Source: Candidatus Tayloriibacteriota bacterium
GTDB lineage: Bacteria; Patescibacteriota; Minisyncoccia; Phycocordibacterales; CAIZLB01
NCBI GenBank assembly: GCA_018883165.1
Contig: VEQN01000004.1
Span: 1-53,056 of the forward strand
DNA: 53,056 bases
Direction of reading: 5' to 3'
The position numbers were made by a program, and so were the translations under genes. The notes beneath the pieces are model-generated. The model made no database searches. It saw only the letters and a program-made list of their open reading frames with translations, and was not told where the DNA came from. Positions 28,378 through 37,611 of the stretch are shown piece after piece (the stretch's first letter is position 1; the number at the start of each line of letters is the position of its first letter).

Positions 28378-30341
28378 ATCCAGAACTTACAATCATAATC
28401 CCCTGCTATAACTGTGAGAAGACTCTTAAAGAAGCAGTTGATTCTTGTTTTGAGCAAGGATTGCAGTCATTTGAAATTGTAATGGTTGATGACGGATCAA
28501 CAGATGGCACATACGCGCTCATGCAATCTATCCAGAAGACACATCCAGATATTGTCAGGATATTTAAAAATGATCAAAACCTTGGTGGTGGCGCAACAAG
28601 AAACAGAGCAGTGCAAGAATCAAAAGCTGAGGCGATATTCTGTCTTGATAGTGACGATATATTACCGGAAGGTACTCTTTCGTCGATGTTTGCATATATG
28701 AAGCAAGGAAACTATGACGGAGTTGGCATCCATAAATCAATTAAATTCAAAGGTGCAAATAAGTCAGACGTCATCCGAATAGATTCATTTGGATATACAG
28801 ATGAGATAATTCCCATAAACGCTTTAATTGAAACAAAAAAGACTGCGCTTAATCCACTCTACTCTACATTCATGCACACCAAAAATTCTTTCCTTAAGAT
28901 TGGTGGATACACAGAATTTCACGGATTCGACACCCAGTCTCTTGCGTGGAGATTCCTAACCCATGGCTTCAAAGCATCAACCTGTAAAAACTCTTCGTAC
29001 TTACATCGGCAACAATTTAATAAGTCATACTATGTTCGGGAATACGAGAGTGGGAAAATAAACTACAACTGGTTTGATATATATGACGAATTCCTCATAT
29101 TCTTTCATGAGGATATACAAAAACAAATACTTTCTTTCGATTTTACAGATAGATTTGCAGATATCACTCAAGTCGTACTTACACATCCAAATCCATTGGT
29201 GCAAGAAATAATACAAACCCCTGTATACACTGAAACATTCCTAGACGAATGCCTTCATTCTGAAAATATTATTTATAGATATTGGGCAGCGTCAGAATTG
29301 CTTAGAAAAGGGAGGGTCAAAGAAGCGCTTGAACACTTGCACACTATAGATCCCGTACAGTTTCCGTACAAGGCACTACAAGAAAAAATTACCATGTGTG
29401 AACACATCCTACATGGTATGAGCCTAAGAGAGGCATATCGAGAAATGTGTAAGAGTCGTACATATATCAAGAGAGGCAGTCAAGAGTTTATTACCAAGAG
29501 AGTCTTGAGAAAAGTGAAAAAAGAGCTAAAGAGGATTCCGCATATTGCAAAATATACCTTTATGGCAATATCTTTTTTTCACAACATTAGAGAATTACTC
29601 ACCGGCAGCGAAGAATATACAACATATTACAATCAGATTGATGATATAAAAAGAAAAAAGAAGATTGTGCTTGATATAGCTTTTGGTGGACTTGGAGATT
29701 GGCTAGCATTTACTGGCCTACCCCGACTACTCCATGACAAATACGGGATTGAATTCTATATCTCGCAACAAAGTCTTACAAGAATACGAAACAAAGATAT
29801 TTTCAAACTCTGTTTTGAAATGAATCCATACTTCAAAGGTATCGTCGACACAGATGACATATTCTCATTTAAAATATTCGCACGTGACTACACAATCAAG
29901 AATTTTATCACTGATCAAAGTGGCGTTTCAGTCACCGAGATATTAGAGAAACAATTTAATGTCGACGGAAAAGGTGTACCAGAAATATATTATGCACCGA
30001 AAACACTTGATGCATACAAGAATATAATTCTCGTTGATAAAAACTATATTAGTGGAATTAAACTTGGGTGGATATATGACGAGAAGACCTTTGATAAAGA
30101 AATAGCAGCATGTACATCACAAGGTCTGCGTGTGGAATATGTAGATCCAAAAAAACAAGATCTCTTCACATATATCGATATGATCTATTCATCACACAAC
30201 TTCATTACAGTACTCTCTGGCGGAGCTGCACTCTGTGCATGCTTAGATAAGCCATTTGTAGCCATACTTCCAAAAAATATTTTTGGTGGTAGTGTTAATA
30301 TATTCACATTCAAAAAATCAAAGGCTCGATATGTGAGATAA
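28374..30341 (+). CDS. Multidomain glycosyltransferase: N-terminal GT2 plus C-terminal GT-B-like domain
   Basis: IIIPCYN, VDDGSTD and LDSDD at the N-terminus; helical middle region; second domain starts IVLDIAFGGLGDWL. Confidence 0.8.
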   Translation: MNPELTIIIPCYNCEKTLKEAVDSCFEQGLQSFEIVMVDDGSTDGTYALMQSIQKTHPDIVRIFKNDQNLGGGATRNRAVQESKAEAIFCLDSDDILPEGTLSSMFAYMKQGNYDGVGIHKSIKFKGANKSDVIRIDSFGYTDEIIPINALIETKKTALNPLYSTFMHTKNSFLKIGGYTEFHGFDTQSLAWRFLTHGFKASTCKNSSYLHRQQFNKSYYVREYESGKINYNWFDIYDEFLIFFHEDIQKQILSFDFTDRFADITQVVLTHPNPLVQEIIQTPVYTETFLDECLHSENIIYRYWAASELLRKGRVKEALEHLHTIDPVQFPYKALQEKITMCEHILHGMSLREAYREMCKSRTYIKRGSQEFITKRVLRKVKKELKRIPHIAKYTFMAISFFHNIRELLTGSEEYTTYYNQIDDIKRKKKIVLDIAFGGLGDWLAFTGLPRLLHDKYGIEFYISQQSLTRIRNKDIFKLCFEMNPYFKGIVDTDDIFSFKIFARDYTIKNFITDQSGVSVTEILEKQFNVDGKGVPEIYYAPKTLDAYKNIILVDKNYISGIKLGWIYDEKTFDKEIAACTSQGLRVEYVDPKKQDLFTYIDMIYSSHNFITVLSGGAALCACLDKPFVAILPKNIFGGSVNIFTFKKSKARYVR

Positions 30342-30342
30342 C

Positions 30343-31251
30343 ATGAAATCCCCTATCCTCTTCATCACTTTCAATAGACCTGAAAAGACTGAACAAGTCT
30401 TTTCAGTCATTCGTGTATATCAACCAGAAAAAATATATATCGCTTCTGATGGTCCACGAGATAATAAACCAGGTGAAGCCGAATTGGTTGCGAGAACAAG
30501 AAAGATATTTGACACCATCGACTGGCCTTGTACAGTAATTCGAATCTTCAGAGAGACCAATCTCGGATGTAAACGCGCTGTATCAGAATCAATCACAGAG
30601 TTTTTCAAACATGAAGAAATGGGAATCATTTTAGAAGACGATTGCATGCCCAATCCAAGCTTTTTTGAGTACTGTACTGAAATGCTTTTGAAGTATAAAG
30701 AAAATGAGAGCATATTCCATGTCAACGGAACCAACCTCCTCCCTGCTTCCGATTTGCAAAATGTTCCTACCTCATACTATTTCACCAAGAATATTCACAT
30801 CTGGGGATGGGCATCATGGAGACGCGCATGGAATCAATATGATATTGATATGAAAGATATTGAGTCACAAGAACAGCATATCATTAGTCAATTTGAAAAC
30901 AAAAAAACAGGATATTTCTGGATCTCACTGTTTAAACACATTCGTGACAAGAATATAAACACATGGGACGCACAGTGGGTCTACAGTATATTAAAGAACA
31001 ATGGTATAGGAATTGCACCCTGCGTAAACCTCATCAAAAACATTGGATTTGATGCATCCGCAACACACACCACCGCAGTTGAAAAAGACAGTCCATACAT
31101 TAAAGAAACTGAATCAATGGACACCACTCATATTATCCACCCTGAAACAATACAGGTGCGAAGTGATCTCGACACAAAAATAGTACGTCGGCTATATATC
31201 CAGACAATTACACAAAAGATCTTATATCGAATTAAAAAAATATTTGTATGA
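30343..31251 (+). CDS. GT-A fold nucleotide-diphospho-sugar transferase (GT2-like)
   Basis: ILFITFNRP, SDGPR, IILEDDC, IWGWASWRRAW and NLIKNIGFD motifs. Confidence 0.8.
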   Translation: MKSPILFITFNRPEKTEQVFSVIRVYQPEKIYIASDGPRDNKPGEAELVARTRKIFDTIDWPCTVIRIFRETNLGCKRAVSESITEFFKHEEMGIILEDDCMPNPSFFEYCTEMLLKYKENESIFHVNGTNLLPASDLQNVPTSYYFTKNIHIWGWASWRRAWNQYDIDMKDIESQEQHIISQFENKKTGYFWISLFKHIRDKNINTWDAQWVYSILKNNGIGIAPCVNLIKNIGFDASATHTTAVEKDSPYIKETESMDTTHIIHPETIQVRSDLDTKIVRRLYIQTITQKILYRIKKIFV

Positions 31252-32408
31252 AATCAGCCCTACGAACCATCGTAAAAAACATCATGGATACATACATTAG
31301 CTTTGAGTGTATGTTTGTAGCTTTGTTTCAAAAACCAAAAACTAATAGACGTAAGGTCCTTTTACTTCGTAAAGATGTCATCGGGGATTTCATTTTGTTC
31401 ATACCAACCATCAAGCATTTCCGAAGATTCTACAAAGATGCAGAATTGTACCTTGTCGTGAACACTGTTGCGCTCGATTTACAATCTCAATTCCCTGAAG
31501 TTGACCACGTAATCCCATATGATGGAAAACAGTTTAGATCAAACTTCTTTTACCGAAGAAAGTTCTTCCACAACCTAGCCAAGGAAGGGTTTGATATTGT
31601 TGTCCATGCCGTATATTCAAGAGAATATATATGCGATCGAATGGTGCGAGTAACTGGAGCAAAAGAGCGGATTGCATTTTGTGCAGAAGGAGGAAAAATG
31701 ACTACTGATGCACAGTACACAAGGCTCATTGATACACCAAAGGAACTAAATGAACCAGACAGAAACATGTATTTCCTTTCTGCGGTCATTGGTGAAGAAA
31801 CGAACATACAATTCCCTACTTTAGATATTTCTAAGTTTGATTGCAAGAACGCAAAAACATTACTAGAGTCTCTACATATAGAGGAGAAGAAATATATCGT
31901 ACTTCTACCTGGAGCAGGCGCACCATATCGCACCTGGCAACTTGAGAAGTTTGCAGAGGTTGCAGACCATATCGCGTCTACACACAATCTCAAAATTCTC
32001 ATCTCAGGTAGCCATGGAGACCTCAATCTATGCAACAAAATCTACGAACTAATGTCTAAGAAGGACATGGCATTTGTCATAGCTGGACAATTAGATATTC
32101 CAAACTTTGCTCACATCCTCCACTCATCCCTCTTCTACTTTGGTAGCGAGACCGGACCACTCCACCTAGCTACAGCAATTCAAACACCTGTAGTTTGTAT
32201 ACTAGGTGCAGGCCACAGAGACCGATTCTTCCCATATGGTGACGCACGCATCAATAGATACGTAGCAGACGATGCGGCACCCTGCAGAGGTGACGGATGG
32301 AAATGCTCACAAAACCTACGTCCTGGTGAAATTGCACCTTGTATCAGAAACATCACCACTGATGCCGCAAAGCGTGAAATTAAAGAACTTCTTGATATAC
32401 TTAGATAA
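31248..32408 (+). CDS. Glycosyltransferase family 9 (heptosyltransferase-like)
   Basis: RKDVIGDF, LLPGAG...RTW..EKF, and GSETGPLHLATA motifs. Confidence 0.87.
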   Translation: MKSALRTIVKNIMDTYISFECMFVALFQKPKTNRRKVLLLRKDVIGDFILFIPTIKHFRRFYKDAELYLVVNTVALDLQSQFPEVDHVIPYDGKQFRSNFFYRRKFFHNLAKEGFDIVVHAVYSREYICDRMVRVTGAKERIAFCAEGGKMTTDAQYTRLIDTPKELNEPDRNMYFLSAVIGEETNIQFPTLDISKFDCKNAKTLLESLHIEEKKYIVLLPGAGAPYRTWQLEKFAEVADHIASTHNLKILISGSHGDLNLCNKIYELMSKKDMAFVIAGQLDIPNFAHILHSSLFYFGSETGPLHLATAIQTPVVCILGAGHRDRFFPYGDARINRYVADDAAPCRGDGWKCSQNLRPGEIAPCIRNITTDAAKREIKELLDILR

Positions 32409-33145
32409 TGCAGAAGATAAAGACATACATAAAGCAGGCCATTCGTCTTGCTACCATCCCCTTCATACTCAAGGACTACTTTTTGTTTAAAAAAGCATCT
32501 GTACACACAAAACGATTCTCTCTAAAACTCTCTGATGCATATCCTTGCATTAAAGACAAAACGGTCACGACTGGATTTGATAGACACTACGTATATCACA
32601 CCTCATGGGCTGCCAGAAAGGTTAAAGAAATTAATCCAACATTTCATGTGGATATTTCTTCAAGTCTCTACTTTTCAGGAATTGTCTCAGCATTTGTACC
32701 TGTGCACTTCTATGACTATCGACCCGCACAACTACACCTTTCTAATCTAGAATCAAAGCCTGGAGATCTAATGAATCTTCCATTTGAATCAAACAGTATC
32801 GATTCCATCTCCTGTATGCATACCATTGAGCATATCGGACTAGGAAGATATGGTGACCCGATCGATGCCGATGGGGACAGCAAAGCAATTAAAGAACTCA
32901 TTCGTGTAACAAAGCCAGGAGGATCAATTCTTTTTGTTACTCCAATGGGAGAACACGCAATCATTGAATACAACGCGCACCGCATATATACATATGAATA
33001 TATTATGGAATATTTTAGGGATCTTGAGCTAGTTGAATTCTCCCTCATCCCCGAACGAGAAGGTGGCATCATACTTAACGCTAAGAAAGAAGATCTCATT
33101 GGGGAGAAATATGCATGTGGATGCTTCTGGTTTAAAAAGAGATAA
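32408..33145 (+). CDS. SAM-dependent methyltransferase-like protein (DUF268-type)
   Basis: FDRHYVYHTSWAAR, HVDISS, SCMHTIEHIGLGRYGD and YNAHRIY motifs. Confidence 0.72.
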   Translation: MQKIKTYIKQAIRLATIPFILKDYFLFKKASVHTKRFSLKLSDAYPCIKDKTVTTGFDRHYVYHTSWAARKVKEINPTFHVDISSSLYFSGIVSAFVPVHFYDYRPAQLHLSNLESKPGDLMNLPFESNSIDSISCMHTIEHIGLGRYGDPIDADGDSKAIKELIRVTKPGGSILFVTPMGEHAIIEYNAHRIYTYEYIMEYFRDLELVEFSLIPEREGGIILNAKKEDLIGEKYACGCFWFKKR

Positions 33146-33146
33146 C

Positions 33147-34046
33147 ATGGAACACAAACCTTTCTTCATAGTACGATTTCGTGGTGGCCTCGGTAATCAA
33201 CTGTTTCAATACGCTGCAGCTGTGGTATACGGAAAGATACACGGACGAACGTTTAAAGCTGACATTACTGGATACAAAAATCCAGACAAACAGAAGGTTC
33301 CTCGTGGATACAAACTTGAAAACTTCAACATAAACGTACCAATAGCTACAGAAGAAGAAATTCGCACCTACAAATACCCACTGGGAATATTAAGTAAGAT
33401 ATGGAGAGGTATTAAAACAAAAATATTTAAACTAGATTATCTCGACTTCCACCCATTGTATTTTAGAAGAACAATCAATTACCTTGATGGGTATTTCCAA
33501 TCTCCTTTGTATTACAAAAACCACGAAGAAGAGATTCGGAATGCTTTTACCCTAAAGCCTGAGAAAGTGTCAGAATGTGCTAAGCATATACTTGAAGATA
33601 TACACAATTCAGTGAGTGTATCCGTACATATACGAAGAGGTGATCTTGTGACTGAAATTGACGCATCAAACGCTCAAGGACTCTGCTCACTCGATTATTA
33701 CGAACAAGCGATTGGTCGCATGAATGGTGAAATATCTTTGATGAAGAATAGCATCCCTGGTACCAAGCCAACATATTTTGTGTTTTCTGATGACATCTAC
33801 TGGGTTGAAGATCATATACAGTTCCCGCCCGGAACTCGATTCGTATCAAAAGAGAAACTAGAAGACTACGAAGAGCTATACCTTATGTCAGAGTGCAAGC
33901 ACAATATCATTGGTAACAGTACATTTAGCTGGTGGGCTGCCTGGCTTAATCGTAACCCTACAAAAATGGTGTATGTACCCAAGCAATGGACAGTCAAAAA
34001 CACAGAACACCCCACCATTATTCCCAAGGGCTGGATTAGGATATAA
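33147..34046 (+). CDS. Alpha-1,2-fucosyltransferase family (GT11), copy 1
   Basis: GGLGNQLFQYA, GYFQS, VHIRRGD, FSDD and NSTFSWWAAWL motifs. Confidence 0.92.
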   Translation: MEHKPFFIVRFRGGLGNQLFQYAAAVVYGKIHGRTFKADITGYKNPDKQKVPRGYKLENFNINVPIATEEEIRTYKYPLGILSKIWRGIKTKIFKLDYLDFHPLYFRRTINYLDGYFQSPLYYKNHEEEIRNAFTLKPEKVSECAKHILEDIHNSVSVSVHIRRGDLVTEIDASNAQGLCSLDYYEQAIGRMNGEISLMKNSIPGTKPTYFVFSDDIYWVEDHIQFPPGTRFVSKEKLEDYEELYLMSECKHNIIGNSTFSWWAAWLNRNPTKMVYVPKQWTVKNTEHPTIIPKGWIRI

Positions 34047-34056
34047 TTAGGGAGTT

Positions 34057-34971
34057 ATGTTAATACTCAAGATTAAAGCCGGCCTAGGCAATCAACTGTT
34101 TCAATACGCATACGGTAGAGCCAGGGCACTTCGAAGCAATACTAATTTAGTCATTGATACAAGTTGGTACAATGAAATACCTGAGGTGGACACAAAGAGG
34201 ACTTTCGATTTACATCGATACAATATTGTATGTGACGTACTTAGTGCATCTGAGTCCAAATCACTCCAGAAACCAATACAAAAGTTTTTACGAAAAGTCA
34301 TTGGAAAGATCAAAAGAGATATATTTGGTGAAAACGATTATACATACTATCCAAAATATTCTAAGAAAATATCTCCTTTTTCTAAAGAATATATCGAAGG
34401 GTATTTTAATTCTGAAAAATATTTCTTGGACTTCGCTGATCAGATCAGAAAAGAACTAACCCTTAAAGAGAACCTTGGAGATATTGCATGGAAAGCCGAG
34501 ACTGAAATCAGGCAATGTGCACATGAGAACATGGTACCCATTCTCATACACGTAAGACGTGGAGACTATGTGACCAACGTACATGCATCATCATTTCACG
34601 GAACCAAAGACAACTCATACTACATATCATCAATTGAACGTATGAACACAGAGCTAGAAAGACAGGGTGACACAAGAAAAAAGATGTATATTCTTGTATC
34701 TGATGATGTGAATGCATTGAAAACCGAAATTGTTCCCCTACTTGGCAATGATGCCTATATAATACTTTCCCGACCAGGTATACAAAACTACGAGGAGATA
34801 TATCTGATGTCATTGTGCTCACACTTCATAATTGCGAACAGTTCATTCAGTTGGTGGGGCGCTTGGCTTTCAACACACAAAAACAAGATTGTAATTGCCC
34901 CTAAAGTGTGGGTGAACAACCCTAAAATTAAAACTCCAGATGTACTACCTGAAGGATGGATAGCTGTATAA
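34057..34971 (+). CDS. Alpha-1,2-fucosyltransferase family (GT11), copy 2
   Basis: AGLGNQLFQYA, IHVRRGDY, VSDD and NSSFSWWGAWL motifs. Confidence 0.92.
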   Translation: MLILKIKAGLGNQLFQYAYGRARALRSNTNLVIDTSWYNEIPEVDTKRTFDLHRYNIVCDVLSASESKSLQKPIQKFLRKVIGKIKRDIFGENDYTYYPKYSKKISPFSKEYIEGYFNSEKYFLDFADQIRKELTLKENLGDIAWKAETEIRQCAHENMVPILIHVRRGDYVTNVHASSFHGTKDNSYYISSIERMNTELERQGDTRKKMYILVSDDVNALKTEIVPLLGNDAYIILSRPGIQNYEEIYLMSLCSHFIIANSSFSWWGAWLSTHKNKIVIAPKVWVNNPKIKTPDVLPEGWIAV

Positions 34972-34975
34972 CAAC

Positions 34976-35746
34976 ATGATAACAACAATAATCGCTACAA
35001 AAAATGGAGAGAAATATATTGGTAAGGCTCTTGATTCTGTGTTCAAGCAGAGTGTGAGTAGTCACCCTAACTTTGAAGTCATCGTCATATCTGATGGATC
35101 AACTGATAATACGATCTCTTTTGTGAAAAACAATTTTCCGAAAGTAATCATCATTGAAAACAAAGAAAGCGTAGGCCCTGGTACCGCAAGAAATATCGGA
35201 ATTTCACATGCAAAAAATGAATACATTGCAATACTAGATGATGATGACTGGTGGATCAACTCGGATAAATTAAAGAATCAAATTGAATTTCTAGAAACAC
35301 ACAAAAACTGTCTCGTAGTCGGTGCAGAGAAAACGGAATTTGTATCAGAGAATGGCACACACCTATGGTGGTATACACATCAAACGGATACGAGAGTGAT
35401 TCATGACAACATGCTAGTGCGATGCCCTATCATTAATTCTTCTGTAGTATTTAGAAAAAGCGCATACGACTCCGTAGGTGGATATTCTGATTTACGACTT
35501 GCAGAAGATTACGATCTCTGGCTACGACTTGGTAAGATTGGTGATATTGCAAATATACCAAACACTGAAACTGCATATACACTGCGAAAAAACAGTGCAT
35601 CTGGGTCAAACGGAAAACACAGCACGAGACTTGCCAGAATAGTGCTTGGCTTAGTTAAAAAATATAGACAAGATTACCCTAATTACACCAAGGCATTGCT
35701 AAAGGGATACCTTAGAATAATTAAAAACTTTACGATAGGATTCTAG
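34976..35746 (+). CDS. Glycosyltransferase family 2
   Basis: SDGSTD, GPGTARN, ILDDDD and AEDYDLWLR motifs. Confidence 0.9.
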   Translation: MITTIIATKNGEKYIGKALDSVFKQSVSSHPNFEVIVISDGSTDNTISFVKNNFPKVIIIENKESVGPGTARNIGISHAKNEYIAILDDDDWWINSDKLKNQIEFLETHKNCLVVGAEKTEFVSENGTHLWWYTHQTDTRVIHDNMLVRCPIINSSVVFRKSAYDSVGGYSDLRLAEDYDLWLRLGKIGDIANIPNTETAYTLRKNSASGSNGKHSTRLARIVLGLVKKYRQDYPNYTKALLKGYLRIIKNFTIGF

Positions 35747-37563
35747 TCGTTGAAAATACTTCTTAGAACATCCTCGGCAACTTCTTCCTTCTTAGATACA
35801 TGCACATGTTTTGACGCATGATGCTCTTGCTGTTTGATGACATGATCCGACTTCTTGTGTTCAACTACAGGATCCGGCTTTGATGCTTCAACAGTCTTTA
35901 CTTCCTCTTGTTGTTGAGAAGCAGGTGCACTCTTCATTACACTAAGTAATGCATCTCGAAGTGCAGAAAGATTCTCGGGTTTTGGTGCCTTTTTATCTTC
36001 CTCCACTTCAGGCTTCAAGTAGCTCAAAGACATAGCCTCACGAAGCTTGTTTTCTCTAGCATTTGCTCTTTCAGTGTTATCCTTGCTATTCCTCTGCTGT
36101 TGAGGAGGTCGTTGTTGTGGCTGTTGTTGAGGACCACGAGCTTCCCTACTGCCCTGAAATTGCGGTTTTTGCCCTTCTGGACGCCTGTTTTGACCTTGTG
36201 ACGACGACTGATTCTGCCTTGATTGTTGATTATTGTTACCCCCTCCACCTCCCTGTGGCTGAGACTTACCGAATTGTGTCTGAATCCAACTTAACAATTC
36301 CTCTTCGACTTGCTGTCTCGGTCTAGCATATAGTGAGCGTGAAGAATCAATTATTTCTTTTACAAATGTTTTTTCAGGTTTTGGAATCGGTGGCATACCC
36401 GCTGCAGAGAACGGTGGTGATGTTACACCATCAATCATCAACTTAAGATACATCTGATATTTCTGTAGATTTACTATATCTTCAGCAGTGAACTGTGGCG
36501 CAAACTCTTTTTCTAAAACCTCAGCATCGTATGCACCGACTCTAAAGATACACATAGTACCTACGTTTCCGAATACCGCAGCACGAACCTCTTCCGTCAT
36601 TTGTTCAATGTATTGATGTGCAATATGTAAGTTCAACTTATATTTTCTTGCCTCAGAAAGAATATCTGCAAAAGATTCATTCGCAAATGACTGAAACTCG
36701 TCTACATAAAGGTAAAAGTTTGGAGCTTCAGCGAGTTGTTTTTCATTTAGATCTGCACGACTCATGGCACCGAGATATATTTTCGTAATGAGCATACTAC
36801 CCAAAAGGTTAGCGTTTGCTTCACCCACTCTACCCTTTGAAAGGTTGATGATGAGTATCTTTTTGTTATCCATCACATCTCGAATATCAAAAGATGATTT
36901 AGCCTGTCCGATGATATTTCGGATCAAAGGGTTTGCGACGAACTGACCTACTTTATTTTGAATCGCTGGTGCCGCTTCAGCAGCAAACTTGTCGGTATAG
37001 TTTGCATACTCATTTACCCAAAAAGATTTTACAGATGGATCTGAAATATGATTCACCACTTCTTTTCTAAACTCTTTGTCAGTAAGCATTCTGTTTACTC
37101 CTACAAGCGTAGATCCTGGATACTCCAAGAGTGCAAGCATAATGTTACCCAGAATGTATTCCATTCTTGCTGACCACGCATCAACCCAAATCTTCTTGAA
37201 GGCAGACATCATTCCACTGGCAACAAGATATCGTTGCTCAGGACCTACGTCTTCCATGACATTGAATGAGATTGGGTACTCCATATCGAAAGGAGCAAAA
37301 TATATTACATCCTTTATTCGATGTTCTGGAACATATTCAAGAAGCAGATCTGCAGACTTGCCGTGAGGATCCATAAAGCACACACCATCACCGTTTTGAA
37401 TATCTTGTATCGCCAAACTTTCAAGAAGTGTAGACTTACCCATACCTGTCTTTCCAATGGCATACAAATGTCTTGATCTATCTTTTTTCTTAATACCAAA
37501 ACGCACTCGCCTGTTACGAGCATCAGTCTCACCGAAATACACTACTTTTTCATCGTCATTCAT
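35743..37563 (-). CDS. VirD4/TraG/HerA-like P-loop ATPase (type IV coupling protein-like) with Gln-rich tail
   Basis: Walker A GKTGMGKS, DPHG, Walker B YVDEFQ, SEARKY, and AHQY..Q. Confidence 0.85.
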   Translation of the reverse strand: MNDDEKVVYFGETDARNRRVRFGIKKKDRSRHLYAIGKTGMGKSTLLESLAIQDIQNGDGVCFMDPHGKSADLLLEYVPEHRIKDVIYFAPFDMEYPISFNVMEDVGPEQRYLVASGMMSAFKKIWVDAWSARMEYILGNIMLALLEYPGSTLVGVNRMLTDKEFRKEVVNHISDPSVKSFWVNEYANYTDKFAAEAAPAIQNKVGQFVANPLIRNIIGQAKSSFDIRDVMDNKKILIINLSKGRVGEANANLLGSMLITKIYLGAMSRADLNEKQLAEAPNFYLYVDEFQSFANESFADILSEARKYKLNLHIAHQYIEQMTEEVRAAVFGNVGTMCIFRVGAYDAEVLEKEFAPQFTAEDIVNLQKYQMYLKLMIDGVTSPPFSAAGMPPIPKPEKTFVKEIIDSSRSLYARPRQQVEEELLSWIQTQFGKSQPQGGGGGNNNQQSRQNQSSSQGQNRRPEGQKPQFQGSREARGPQQQPQQRPPQQQRNSKDNTERANARENKLREAMSLSYLKPEVEEDKKAPKPENLSALRDALLSVMKSAPASQQQEEVKTVEASKPDPVVEHKKSDHVIKQQEHHASKHVHVSKKEEVAEDVLRSIFND

Positions 37564-37611
37564 AGAGCTGTATGTGTGTATTATATACCAAGAAACAAAA
37601 GTGGTGTATGG

